From: a virus
Lineage: Duplodnaviria > Caudoviricetes
Reading direction: 5' to 3' (one strand)
DNA length: 30,908 nt
IMG/VR virus record: IMGVR_UViG_3300036801_000124
Span: 1-30,908 of that record
Of the stretch, positions 1-8,689 are shown piece by piece. The position numbers and the translations under genes were made by a program. The first letter of the stretch is position 1. Each line of letters starts with the position of its first letter. The notes under the pieces are model-generated. The model was not told where the DNA came from and ran no database searches. It saw only the letters and a list, made by a program, of their open reading frames with translations.

Positions 1-187
1 TGAGCGTCCCGGCGGTGTCGAGGACCTGAAGGTCCGACATGCTGACTCCTTCTGTATGGCTCCAGAGAACGTAAGCGAGGTGTGGCGGGCCTGGAGCAGC
101 CAACTCCACCTGATGTGCCAACTGCCGGAGCAGCCGGGCCACGAACGGCCCGTTGTGCTCGACAAGTTGACGCCAAAATCCCTTCAT
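1..187 (-). CDS. 5' part of a gene running off the window; two in-frame starts (ATG 187 and ATG 40)
   Basis: GAGAGGAG SD before ATG187 and AGAAGGAG SD before ATG40; frame open between them (MKGFWRQ...EGVS-MSDLQVLDTAGTL). Confidence 0.6.
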   Translation of the reverse strand, partial: MKGFWRQLVEHNGPFVARLLRQLAHQVELAAPGPPHLAYVLWSHTEGVSMSDLQVLDTAGTL

Positions 188-212
188 AGATCTCCTCTCT
201 CGCCGAGTGAGA

Positions 213-884
213 CTACCTGGCCCAGTCGATCCGGGTCGCGTCACACTCGAACTCGGACTCGTCACCGATGAAGTAATACGCCCGGCGGCCTGGATCGCGG
301 CCGTCGCCGACGCGTTTGTGGCCGTTCATCACGGACGGTTCCGTGTCGGGGTGCTCGACCAGTGACGGCACGGTCGCCATGACCGGCGTGTTCGCGTAGT
401 AGAGGAAGCGCCCGGCGATCTCGTCGTCGGCGCGCCAGGCGGGCGGCCGGTTCGTCGCCGCCCATGCGAGCAGGCCCTCGGCGAGCGCTCGCGGCCAGGC
501 TGTCGCCACGACCGGACACCACGACCCCGTCGGTAGCTCCGCCCAGACGCCGCCGTCGCGTCGGACGCAGTAGATCGCGTTGATGTACGCAGGGAGCTTG
601 CCGGGAACGAAGAACGCGACCGGGTTGTCCGGCCGGGCGGCCAGCGCGAGTTCGACGCCTTCAAGGAAGCGGCCGCAGATGAGCACGTCCTCCTGGATGA
701 CGAGGATCGAGTCGGTGCCGAGTTGGAGGCCGCGCCGGAGGCACGCTTCGTAGGTGCGCCACGGCGACGGTGGGGCGTCCGGGTCGGGGTCGTAGATGAT
801 CTCGCCAGCGCCGAGACAGTCGAGCAGACTCTCCGCGAGTTCGGCCCGCGCAGGGTGCGCTTGGATCAGGACTTGTACGGTCAC
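213..884 (-). CDS. Glycosyltransferase-like protein (GT-A fold, phage type)
   Basis: IQAHPAR at the N-terminus, LVIQED (DxD-like), ADDE and TVPSLVEH motifs resemble actinophage GTs; start placed at GTG884 to avoid overlap with the upstream gene. Confidence 0.6.
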   Translation of the reverse strand: MTVQVLIQAHPARAELAESLLDCLGAGEIIYDPDPDAPPSPWRTYEACLRRGLQLGTDSILVIQEDVLICGRFLEGVELALAARPDNPVAFFVPGKLPAYINAIYCVRRDGGVWAELPTGSWCPVVATAWPRALAEGLLAWAATNRPPAWRADDEIAGRFLYYANTPVMATVPSLVEHPDTEPSVMNGHKRVGDGRDPGRRAYYFIGDESEFECDATRIDWAR

Positions 885-903
885 CGAAGCTCGATTCGGT
901 GCC

Positions 904-1605
904 CTACAAAATCCCGGTCCATGTAGCGTTTCCAGCCGTCCCGGCGACCGTGCAGCGGTAGATCGTCTCGCTCGCGCCGCCCGGGTCGGTACGGATGAAA
1001 ATGTCGCCGATTTCACCACCGATTGCGGGTGCGCCATGACCCGAGGCCAGCATCGCGCCGTTGTTTCCGGCGGGGGTGTTGATCTGCAAGCCGCCGTCTA
1101 TGTCGGAGTAACCGGGTCGTTTCCCGCCTGGGTCGGAGGTTCCGAATCCCAGGGTTGTTCCTGGCCGCTTCCCGACGATCAGGCTGTCTCCGAGAAGTAG
1201 GCCAGCCGCAAGTGCGTTCTCCCCTGCGTTGAATGGATCGTAAGATCCGTCCCCCATGAAAAGGCCGAGAGTCGCATCGGCGTACATGACCCAGCGCGGG
1301 AAAGCGTCGCCCTCTATGGCGACGGCCAGGATCGGTGCGTTGGTTGGTAGCACAAGCGTTGCGAGTTTCGTTCCGGGATTGGCCGGGTCGTCGTAGCTCG
1401 TCGTGTCGAGCGTCGCGCCGGTCGGCGTTGCGTTCGGAAGCACCGACCCGTCAGGCGTCGAACCGCCGCCCCCGACCTCGACCCGCGACCCGTCCGGCTT
1501 GATGTAGATGACGGTGCCGTCGTCCTGCTGAGCAAGTCCGGGCGGCTCCGACGCGCCGAGATCGGTCGTGCGAAACGCCCTTGCGAAACGGTCGAGGAGA
1601 CTCAT
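904..1605 (-). CDS. Putative minor virion or fibre-like protein
   Basis: Gly/Thr-rich; C-terminal GHGAPAIGGEIGDIFIRTD...IYRCTVAG..TW resembles repeats in phage tail-fibre and decoration proteins; ATGA overlap with the upstream gene. Confidence 0.5.
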   Translation of the reverse strand: MSLLDRFARAFRTTDLGASEPPGLAQQDDGTVIYIKPDGSRVEVGGGGSTPDGSVLPNATPTGATLDTTSYDDPANPGTKLATLVLPTNAPILAVAIEGDAFPRWVMYADATLGLFMGDGSYDPFNAGENALAAGLLLGDSLIVGKRPGTTLGFGTSDPGGKRPGYSDIDGGLQINTPAGNNGAMLASGHGAPAIGGEIGDIFIRTDPGGASETIYRCTVAGTAGNATWTGIL

Positions 1606-1862
1606 GACGGCGGCGCTCCTTTCCAGAGGCGGCGGCAGCAGCCAGCGAACCCGAGCGCCCAGACGGCGTCAGCCGAGTTCGTGATGGCGGAGCGGAAGAT
1701 GAGCAGGAAGCCAGGGATCAGGGTGCCGACGGCTGCGGCGACCGCCTGCGGAAGAACCAGCCCGGCCTGGAGGAGGCCCCAGACGAGGAGCGTCGTGATC
1801 GGCGTCGTGCTGAGCACGAACGTCGCGTTCGGGTGCTTCTGGACGGCTTCAGGCGCTTGCAT
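1602..1862 (-). CDS. Small two-TM membrane protein (holin-like)
   Basis: Two hydrophobic segments and a basic C-terminus. Confidence 0.5.
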   Translation of the reverse strand: MQAPEAVQKHPNATFVLSTTPITTLLVWGLLQAGLVLPQAVAAAVGTLIPGFLLIFRSAITNSADAVWALGFAGCCRRLWKGAPPS

Positions 1863-2358
1863 CGGGGGCCGCCAGTCTCACTGCGGCGTCGATGCTGTCG
1901 AGCGCCCGCTCGGCGAACCTGATCCGCCCGTCCCCCCCGGCGACCAGCGGCTCCTCGACCGGCCGCACGTCGAGCGGCCGCATCGCGAGCGCCAGGACGC
2001 GCTCATAGGCCGCCTCTGACCCGGGGATGGGCCAGACCTGCTCCCAGCCTTCGCCGGTCGGCAAGTAGCTCTCAGCGTCTCCTACGACGCCGTTGACGCC
2101 GTCGATCTCCATGAACGCGGCGTGCGCGGCGGCGACCTCGTCGTTCGAGGACCAGTCGGCGGGCACCCAGTAGACGGTGCCGTCGGCGGCGTTGTAGGCC
2201 GTCTCCCCGTAGCCGCCGTCCGGCGCGTGCTCCTCGGCGACGCGCCGGAGTTCGGCAGTGGTGTCCCCGCCCGATGAGTCCGGCGACGCGGCCCCCGTTG
2301 TCTCCGGATCGGGCGGGGATTCTGTCCGCGCGAAGCGGAGTCTGGCCCGAGCACGCAT
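1849..2358 (-). CDS. Hypothetical acidic protein
   Basis: Starts 2 nt after the protease stop codon; native GC3-rich codon use. Confidence 0.65.
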   Translation of the reverse strand: MRARARLRFARTESPPDPETTGAASPDSSGGDTTAELRRVAEEHAPDGGYGETAYNAADGTVYWVPADWSSNDEVAAAHAAFMEIDGVNGVVGDAESYLPTGEGWEQVWPIPGSEAAYERVLALAMRPLDVRPVEEPLVAGGDGRIRFAERALDSIDAAVRLAAPDASA

Positions 2359-2360
2359 GT

Positions 2361-5300
2361 CTACGCCTCGGTGACCTCGTTGACGAGGCTGCGGATCTCG
2401 TCCTCGACGGTCGGCGCGACGATCCCGGCAGCGACGAGCGCGACCGCGACGGGCTCGTCATCGACCTGCTCGAATGACGCGCGCAGCGAGCGCGGCACCG
2501 GGAAACCCGGCACGTTGACGCTGAGCAGGGCGACGAGTTCGAGGTTGCCGTCCACTCCGCGCCAGTCGCCCGAGACGGTCGAGCCGCGCAGGATCCGCAG
2601 CTTCTCCTCGGACAACTCCGGGTTGATCGCCCCGGCGAACCAGCCGCCGTGCTCGTCCTCTCCGAACGAGACGTGGGCGGCGACGGTGCCGGTGTTGTCG
2701 TAGTGGCTCGTCGCGTCCTGGCGCGAGAGGCGCGTCCCGGCGTGCGCGGAGTCGAGCGTGATCTTGCCGACGGCCAGGTGCTCGCCCTCGTCGCACTCGA
2801 TCTCGCCGAGCAGGTAGTAGGCGTAGTTCGTGTTCGAGTGGGGCGCGGTGACGCACTGCTCGAACGAGAGGTGGCACGTGTCCCACTGCCAGGCGTGCCC
2901 GAAGATCTGGCCGCCGTCGGTGATCGTGAGCGGCGTCACCTCGTCGAACTCGGGATTCGCGAACCAGTCGGCGGGCGGCGAGACCGGCGCGAGCCCGGCG
3001 GCGGCAGCGGTGAGGGAGGGCTCCTCGACGATCAGCGGGATCGGCTGGAGCTTGTAGTACGGCTCGACCAATGTCTCGGCGCAGCCGCAGTCGATCTCGA
3101 ACTCGGCCGGGCCGGTGTAGCGATGCGGTACCCAGCCACCCCCCGCAGCGACGAGGTCGATGCTGGCCTGTCCGAACGCAGGGAACGGGCAGACAGTCGC
3201 CATCCCGATCACCGCACGGTTGATCGCGAGGACGAGATCGCCGTTGAAGAAGGCGTCCATCAGGTCCTCCTCGGGCGGGGCGTCTTCACCAGACGCACCC
3301 GACCACACGCCGTCTTCGCCCTGCACCGCGATCCACTCGCCGTCTTCGTTGAACCAGTCGGCCTTCGAGACGTGCTCCCAGTCGAGCGGTGCGATGTCCA
3401 CCGACAGGCCGGTGAGGGACTTCTCACCGACCAGGGCCTCGATCTTCTGGCCCCACTCGTCGTCGCTGAAGACGCCGGATGCCTTGATCTTGCCGTCGTC
3501 GCGCCACATCGCGTCGATCCGGCCTGCGACCTTCGCGCGGTCGTGGCCGCCCTCGGCGCTCGTCTCGATCAGACCCATCAGCGTCAGCGGAAGCTGGCGC
3601 GCCTGCTCGTCCGGGGGGAGGATGATCGAGCCCGGCGCGAACGCGCGGCCGTCCTCGGTCAGGACGCCCTCCGGCACGAAGGTCGCAGTCCACTCGTGGC
3701 CAGCCGGATTCGCGGGCGGCGTGATCTCGTCGGAGCGCTCCGGGATGACCTCGGAGACCTCCGGGATCGCCGCCTCGGCGGCATCGGCGGTCAGCGTGAG
3801 GTCGGTCAGCGAGAACTTCAGCTTCGACTGGCGCTCCATCTTCGTTTCGACGTATCCGGCGTCCTCGACCTCGACCCAGTCAGCGCGGTCGGCGAGCACG
3901 GGGTCGCCGTCGCCGCCAACCGTCAGACCAGCGACGTAGTAGTCGCGCTCGTCGCAGATCAGGACCTTGTCGAGTCCGACGCTCACATCGACGGCGGCGG
4001 GCCAGTAGGACGTGTCGCTCTCGTTCGGGTGCAGCAGCGCGTTGATGTCGCAGAGGAGATCCATAAGACCCTCTTCCGGCCCCCAGACGACATCCCCGGC
4101 GGCCGCGCTGAGCGCGAGTAGCGCGCGGCGCGCGATCTGGCCGATCTCCGCCTCGAACCCGGCGAGATCTGGCCGTGTGGCGACGATCACGTCGGCGAGC
4201 GCGGTCACCTCGGACTCCGGGTAGGCGAACTCGCCGCAGCGGCAGGTGCCGCGACCGTCTTCGTGGTCGCAGGTGCCACCCGCGCCGGAATGCTCCGAGA
4301 AGGCGTGGCCGCACGCGCACTGCACGCTGGCGGCGAAGTCATCGACGGCGTCGAGCGCCGCGAGTTCCGGCTGCGCCGCCATGTCGTTGTCGTCGGGCTG
4401 GTCGTTCGAGGGGGTACCGCCGTCGTTCCCGTCACCACTGCCACCCTTGTTCTTCTTCAGCCGCTTGTCCTTCTTCGTGCCCTGCGACGGCTCGCCGCCG
4501 AGTTCGACCGAGATGATTTCGGCGATCTCGCCCTGGATGACGAGCGCCCAATCGGGGTCAAGTTCTGCCGCGCCCGGGCCTAGCGTCGTCTTCCAGTAGT
4601 GGTAGCGCTCGGCGAGCGCCGGGGGGTTCTCCGACCCGATCTCGGCGTAGGCCAAACGATAAGCGGCTACCTGGAGCCCTTCCGATTCAGCGCTTTCATC
4701 TCCTGCCAGATCTGCTCCTGTTCCGTCAGCGCTGTCGGTGTCGTGCTGAGATCCCCGCGCGCCCGGCGTCCTGGCATGGTCAGCGCGAGACGCGCCTGCG
4801 GCAGCTTCACGACCAGGTACGGCAGCATCAGTCGAAGCAGTTCCCTCGCCGTCGGCCCCGTCCAGACCAAGCGATATGCCTGCCGCCAGTTCGGATTCGT
4901 TCTCCGCATCTCCATCAGCGAGCCCCGACCGAGCCAGCCCTGGATCATCTCCAGCGCTGCCCGGTCGCAGTTCGCGATCACGACCGTCAGCGAGTACGTC
5001 CACGCGTCCGTGACCGTTCGCCGCGCCCCCACTGGTCCCCGCTGCGCTCTCGCGCGACGAATCGTGATCGTTCCCTCCCCGTCCAGAAACCCCGCCAACC
5101 AGGCGCGTTGCGCTCTCGTCAGCGGACTCACTATCGGCCCACGGGACCGTGATGCTCTCGTCGCCATACTTCTTCCTGGCGGCAGCATAGTACGCCGCGA
5201 TCTTCGGCTTGGCCGCGTCGCCGCCCTCGACGCTCGCACCACGCGCCCCCTGAAGCGCTGCCGCTGCGGCGGTGACGCCGCGCCAGACAGCGGTGAGCTT

Positions 5301-5636
5301 CCCGTCGATGACGGTCGCGAACGGCAGGTGGAAATCGCTGAAGTTTGAGCCATCCCCGTCCTTGACGAAGAACGCCCGCCCGTACTTCGCGTTCGGCGCA
5401 TCGTCGGCTCCGGCCCACGCGCGCACGGCCTTGTCGGCCGCGCCCGAGTCCCACGCAACGCCGCGATCTGACAGCGGCAGGCCGGTCGAGCCGGACGCTG
5501 CGGCTACGACGCTGAAGACGAGGTCGTGGATGTCGCGGATGTCTGCGAGGCTGAGCGTGTTGGTTGCGAGGCGGCGGCTGGCTGCGCGGCGTGCGCGCCT
5601 GCGGTCTTGGCTGTTCCCGCCGATGTTGCGGCGCAT
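2361..5636 (-). CDS. Capsid maturation (prohead) protease/scaffold multidomain protein
   Basis: SD AAGGAGG. N-domain LPL..AWD..A...Y.RAF..D...FHLPFA...LQGARG...YY...PW; protease-like block EGVLTEDGRAF...GHD.A.VAGRID...GLSVD...ATVCPFPAF; C-domain PPADWF.NP...FGH..W..CH...HYDNTG...SGDWR...VNVPGFP, as in actinophage capsid maturation proteases. Confidence 0.8.
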   Translation of the reverse strand: MRRNIGGNSQDRRRARRAASRRLATNTLSLADIRDIHDLVFSVVAAASGSTGLPLSDRGVAWDSGAADKAVRAWAGADDAPNAKYGRAFFVKDGDGSNFSDFHLPFATVIDGKLTAVWRGVTAAAAALQGARGASVEGGDAAKPKIAAYYAAARKKYGDESITVPWADSESADESATRLVGGVSGRGGNDHDSSRESAAGTSGGAANGHGRVDVLADGRDRELRPGSAGDDPGLARSGLADGDAENESELAAGISLGLDGADGEGTASTDAAVPGREAAAGASRADHARTPGARGSQHDTDSADGTGADLAGDESAESEGLQVAAYRLAYAEIGSENPPALAERYHYWKTTLGPGAAELDPDWALVIQGEIAEIISVELGGEPSQGTKKDKRLKKNKGGSGDGNDGGTPSNDQPDDNDMAAQPELAALDAVDDFAASVQCACGHAFSEHSGAGGTCDHEDGRGTCRCGEFAYPESEVTALADVIVATRPDLAGFEAEIGQIARRALLALSAAAGDVVWGPEEGLMDLLCDINALLHPNESDTSYWPAAVDVSVGLDKVLICDERDYYVAGLTVGGDGDPVLADRADWVEVEDAGYVETKMERQSKLKFSLTDLTLTADAAEAAIPEVSEVIPERSDEITPPANPAGHEWTATFVPEGVLTEDGRAFAPGSIILPPDEQARQLPLTLMGLIETSAEGGHDRAKVAGRIDAMWRDDGKIKASGVFSDDEWGQKIEALVGEKSLTGLSVDIAPLDWEHVSKADWFNEDGEWIAVQGEDGVWSGASGEDAPPEEDLMDAFFNGDLVLAINRAVIGMATVCPFPAFGQASIDLVAAGGGWVPHRYTGPAEFEIDCGCAETLVEPYYKLQPIPLIVEEPSLTAAAAGLAPVSPPADWFANPEFDEVTPLTITDGGQIFGHAWQWDTCHLSFEQCVTAPHSNTNYAYYLLGEIECDEGEHLAVGKITLDSAHAGTRLSRQDATSHYDNTGTVAAHVSFGEDEHGGWFAGAINPELSEEKLRILRGSTVSGDWRGVDGNLELVALLSVNVPGFPVPRSLRASFEQVDDEPVAVALVAAGIVAPTVEDEIRSLVNEVTEA
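4667..5131 (-). CDS. Single-motif LAGLIDADG homing endonuclease nested in the +1 frame of the protease gene
   Basis: AWLAGFLDGEGTITI motif, YSLTVVIANCD...LEMIQ..LG.G, YRLVW, LL..MLPYLVVK..QA and C-terminal MKALN.KG; likely GTG start at 5131 (154 aa). Confidence 0.85.
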   Translation of the reverse strand: MSPLTRAQRAWLAGFLDGEGTITIRRARAQRGPVGARRTVTDAWTYSLTVVIANCDRAALEMIQGWLGRGSLMEMRRTNPNWRQAYRLVWTGPTARELLRLMLPYLVVKLPQARLALTMPGRRARGDLSTTPTALTEQEQIWQEMKALNRKGSR

Positions 5637-5686
5637 CTCGATCCTCCTTCTACAGGGGGTCTCCCTTCGCGGGAGTGGATGCGCCG

Positions 5687-5701
5687 GAGGCTACTACGAG
5701 G
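5687..5701. repeat. 15-bp motif GAGGCTACTACGAGG, copy 1 (copy 2 at 22015-22029); candidate late promoter element on the minus strand
   Basis: Exact repeat; both copies lie just upstream of head genes and contain TAGCCT (TANNNT) on the minus strand. Confidence 0.55.
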
Positions 5702-5954
5702 AGGTGTCGGCGTCCTCGGGCCAGGCGAAGTGCGTCTCGTAGCGGGTGACGCCGTCGCCGTGCTCGGTCACCTCGCTGCGGTCGATCAAGTCAAGCGTCT
5801 CCTGGACGGCCTCGGAACGGGACGCGTTCCGGACCATCAGGCCGATGGCGACGAGCGCGCCGTACATGCGGTCGGACTGGCCTTCGCCGGGGGTGAGCCC
5901 GGCCGACACCTGGCCCGCGAGCGACAGAGCAAGGCCCTCGTCAATGTGCGGCAT
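5694..5954 (-). CDS. Hypothetical protein
   Basis: Last gene of the leftward accessory operon; native codon use. Confidence 0.6.
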   Translation of the reverse strand: MPHIDEGLALSLAGQVSAGLTPGEGQSDRMYGALVAIGLMVRNASRSEAVQETLDLIDRSEVTEHGDGVTRYETHFAWPEDADTSS

Positions 5955-6228
5955 GGTCGGACCCTACCTCGGGGCACTCCAGGTGGATGTAGGCGATGCC
6001 CTGGTACGGCCTGTCCTTCCAGCGGAACTGGATCACGAGCGTGCGGTTCTCGATGAACTGGCCGCAGGCGCGGCAGCGCGGGCGGCGGCCGGTGAAGCGG
6101 AGCCGGGTGCGGACGGGGCCGTAGACGCGGCCGCGTTCACCGAGTCGCTTGATGGCGAGGTCGCCGGTGTAGCTGAGCGAATCCTCGCGGAGCGCGGCCG
6201 CCTCGCGGTCATTGATGTACGTCGTCAC
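5941..6228 (-). CDS. Small putative Zn-binding protein
   Basis: CRAC...HLEC ligand pattern; GTGA coupling. Confidence 0.6.
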   Translation of the reverse strand: MTTYINDREAAALREDSLSYTGDLAIKRLGERGRVYGPVRTRLRFTGRRPRCRACGQFIENRTLVIQFRWKDRPYQGIAYIHLECPEVGSDHAAH

Positions 6229-6680
6229 GGTGAGTCCCTATCGGCAGCAGCCTTCAGTTTGTTGAGCATCTGGACGGCGCTCGCGCGCTCATGCTCACCC
6301 GTGCCCGGGTGGTCGATCAGGGCGCGCAGCTTGCCATCGCGAGCGCCACGCTTCCCCTTGTCCTGCTCAGCGCGCAGCATCCCAACGATCTTCTCCGCGC
6401 TCGCGAGCAGCATCTCGAAGTCGGGGTTCTGGTGGTCGCCAGGCGGTCCGAGGTCGAAGCCGAGCATCGTTCCGCCGTCGGAGTGGTAGTACGCCTTCGG
6501 TGGTCGCTGGTTGACGACCATCTCGACGGCGTCGAGGACGCTACTGAGGAAGCGCTCGACTTCCCAGTCGGAGGCGGTGTCGTCGATGGCGAACCAGCCG
6601 CCCTTGCGCGCCCACGTGGCGGCGGTGCGGAGGCCGCGCTCGACCTTCTCGGTCCGCTCGATGCGTTCCCGGTAGCTCAT
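6225..6680 (-). CDS. Hypothetical protein with a DUF2786-like C-terminal motif
   Basis: KLRALIDHPGTGEHERASA..ML.KL; ATGA coupling. Confidence 0.55.
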   Translation of the reverse strand: MSYRERIERTEKVERGLRTAATWARKGGWFAIDDTASDWEVERFLSSVLDAVEMVVNQRPPKAYYHSDGGTMLGFDLGPPGDHQNPDFEMLLASAEKIVGMLRAEQDKGKRGARDGKLRALIDHPGTGEHERASAVQMLNKLKAAADRDSP

Positions 6681-7666
6681 CGGTTGAGCACGAACGCGCG
6701 GCGCGGTTTCACGACGAGCGGCAGAGACTCGTCGCCCTTCACATAGGGACTAATCCAGATCTGGCGGTGGACGTTCGACGCCGGGTACCACTGGTTACGC
6801 CAGTGGCCGGACACGATGAACCGGTGGCTGTAGTTCGCCGGGCCGTGCTCGTCCTCGGTCGGCTTCGACCGCTCCCGGCGCAGCCGGACGACCAGGACCT
6901 CGCGGTCGGTGAAGCCGAGCCGTTTCGCCTGCCGCCGCTGCGGCCGTGGCCCGTACTGGCGCTGCTGGACGGCGATCTGCTGCTGCATCAGCCGGAACGT
7001 GACCTGGAGGATCCGCCACCACCAGCCTGCGCCGGTCGGCTTACCCTCGGTGTCGAACTCGTTTCCGTCGAACGTCATCCCGAAGTACCAGGGGGTGAAG
7101 TGGGTGATCTCGACCGGTGGGGAGACCAGTCCTCTTGTGCGGTACGACTCCGGGTCACCGACGACGTAGATCGTGAGCGCGATCCCGTGGCTCCGGCCGT
7201 CCGCGCCTTCGTTGTCGAGCCAGTCGCGGAGGCTGGCCTCGTCGGTCAGCTTCGGCGGCGGGTCGTCCGGGTCGTGGCCGAAGAGGGGCGTCCACGAGAA
7301 CCCGGCGATCTCGATGGGCGTGTCGAACCGGTCGAGCACGTCAAACGGCTTCTCGTAGAGGAGGAACCCGGACATGGTCGGCAGGTCGGTGACGTACAAC
7401 GGTTCCGGCAGGAACGGCTCGGCCAGACCGGGGTCGGTGGCGTAGTCGATCAGGTCGCACATCTCGCCGGACACGAAGATCGGGTCGGCCCCTTCGAGCT
7501 TCACCTCTTCGACCGAGGCGAGGCGGATCGTGAGGTCGCGCGACTGGTCGTTCATGCCGCGCATGAAGTCCTGCATCCGCAACTCCATCGAGCCGCGCCC
7601 GATGGGGCTGCGGAGCCACCGCCAGAGGCCCATCTGCGCGTCGAACGCGTCACGCCATCCGCTCAC
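6677..7666 (-). CDS. Conserved phage hypothetical protein with a C-terminal GHWR/IWI.P..KG motif
   Basis: HRFIVSGHWRNQWY...IWISPYVKG; GTG7666 is coupled to the upstream stop. Confidence 0.7.
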   Translation of the reverse strand: MSGWRDAFDAQMGLWRWLRSPIGRGSMELRMQDFMRGMNDQSRDLTIRLASVEEVKLEGADPIFVSGEMCDLIDYATDPGLAEPFLPEPLYVTDLPTMSGFLLYEKPFDVLDRFDTPIEIAGFSWTPLFGHDPDDPPPKLTDEASLRDWLDNEGADGRSHGIALTIYVVGDPESYRTRGLVSPPVEITHFTPWYFGMTFDGNEFDTEGKPTGAGWWWRILQVTFRLMQQQIAVQQRQYGPRPQRRQAKRLGFTDREVLVVRLRRERSKPTEDEHGPANYSHRFIVSGHWRNQWYPASNVHRQIWISPYVKGDESLPLVVKPRRAFVLNR

Positions 7667-7848
7667 GTCGTCACCCGGTCGAGGACGTGCGAACGCGGGA
7701 CGCGGAACAAGCCGCCGCCGAGTTCGCCGAAGTCGATCCAGACCCACTTCGTCCCGACGGAGTCCACCGTGCCGGTCTTGATGACGCCGAACATGCGCGG
7801 GTGCCACGCCTCCACGGTGTCGCCGACCTTCGGGACGTAGCCGGTCAT
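7663..7848 (-). CDS. Small SH3/KOW-like beta protein
   Basis: KVGDTV...GTVDSVGTKWVWIDF; ATGA coupling. Confidence 0.6.
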   Translation of the reverse strand: MTGYVPKVGDTVEAWHPRMFGVIKTGTVDSVGTKWVWIDFGELGGGLFRVPRSHVLDRVTT

Positions 7849-8033
7849 GCCTCGCCCCGCTGCTCGGCCTGGTCGAGGTCGTACATGAGGGTGTCGTCCT
7901 CGGCCGACCCGTGGTCGTGAAGCCAGCGCTTCACCTCGGCGCGCGTCGCGAGGCCGGGCTTGCCGTAGTGGAGGTTGATCGCCCGGCGGTAGTCGTCACC
8001 GACCGTGGTCGTGTAGGCGACGCGCACCCTCAC
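7845..8033 (-). CDS. Hypothetical protein
   Basis: GTGA coupling with both neighbours. Confidence 0.6.
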   Translation of the reverse strand: MRVRVAYTTTVGDDYRRAINLHYGKPGLATRAEVKRWLHDHGSAEDDTLMYDLDQAEQRGEA

Positions 8034-8689
8034 GACTTCGCCTCCCATTTCGCACCGGTCGCTTCGGCCTGCTGGAGCAGCCACTCGAACACGTCAGGAT
8101 CGACGCGCACGTCGCCGTACGAGAATCCGGTCGGCCGACGCCGGTAGCTGCCGCTGCTCACGTACGCCGTGCTGATCGAGCGGTCTACATCGCCGTGGAT
8201 GCCGGAGTAGTCGTTGTGGATGATCGCGTCGATTCCGAGCGCCCCGAGCCGGGACAGGTACGCGGCGAGCTTCGGCTCGAACTCGTCTGCCTGAGCGTTC
8301 GCGTCGGCGTGCTGCTGCCGTTCGTGCTCCTCAGCAGAGCGCCGCTCAGCCTGGATGTCATCCCAGAGGCCGACGAACAGCTTGCCGACCTGGCCCTTGC
8401 CGTTGCGGCTCTCGTGGAAGGCGTACGTCTTCGCGATGTCGCCTGCGTGCTTGTTCGTGTCGGCTACGAGGTTGAACTCGCCGAAGCCAACGCGGGTCGG
8501 CTCGGTGAACTCGACGAGGATGCAGCCACCCTTCGTAACGGTCTCGCGAGTGCCAGCCCAGTGCCGGTACTCCGGCCAACTGGCCTCCACATCGACGGCG
8601 ACGACTTTCGCCGGGACGACGTGCGAGTGCTTGCTCGGCTTCAGCCGGACGCCGTAGGTCTCTCCGACCTTGATGTCCGCACGCTTCAC
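8030..8689 (-). CDS. Hypothetical protein
   Basis: MKRADIKVGETYGV start typical of phage early proteins; central coiled coil; GAGG SD. Confidence 0.7.
   Translation of the reverse strand: MKRADIKVGETYGVRLKPSKHSHVVPAKVVAVDVEASWPEYRHWAGTRETVTKGGCILVEFTEPTRVGFGEFNLVADTNKHAGDIAKTYAFHESRNGKGQVGKLFVGLWDDIQAERRSAEEHERQQHADANAQADEFEPKLAAYLSRLGALGIDAIIHNDYSGIHGDVDRSISTAYVSSGSYRRRPTGFSYGDVRVDPDVFEWLLQQAEATGAKWEAKS

Noticed and set aside
2649-4121. Long + strand ORF (490 aa), and similarly 6767-7840, 9150-10148, 14638-15867
   Set aside because: Antisense shadows of well-supported minus-strand genes, expected with high GC3; no motifs.
4667-5131. Intein explanation for the nested nucleases (also 18870-19271)
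   Set aside because: The nucleases are out of frame with the host, and the host frame has no C/S-start block A, TxxH block B or terminal HN motif.
5132-5458. N-terminal extension of the 263-aa ORF containing the LAGLIDADG
   Set aside because: R/S/P-rich shadow of the conserved protease N-domain; nuclease-like sequence starts at GTG5131. A +1 frameshift entry cannot be excluded.
5661-5675. CTCCC/GGGAG hairpin before the protease SD as a terminator
   Set aside because: Only a 5-bp stem with no U-tract; may be a leader structure but this is unsupported.
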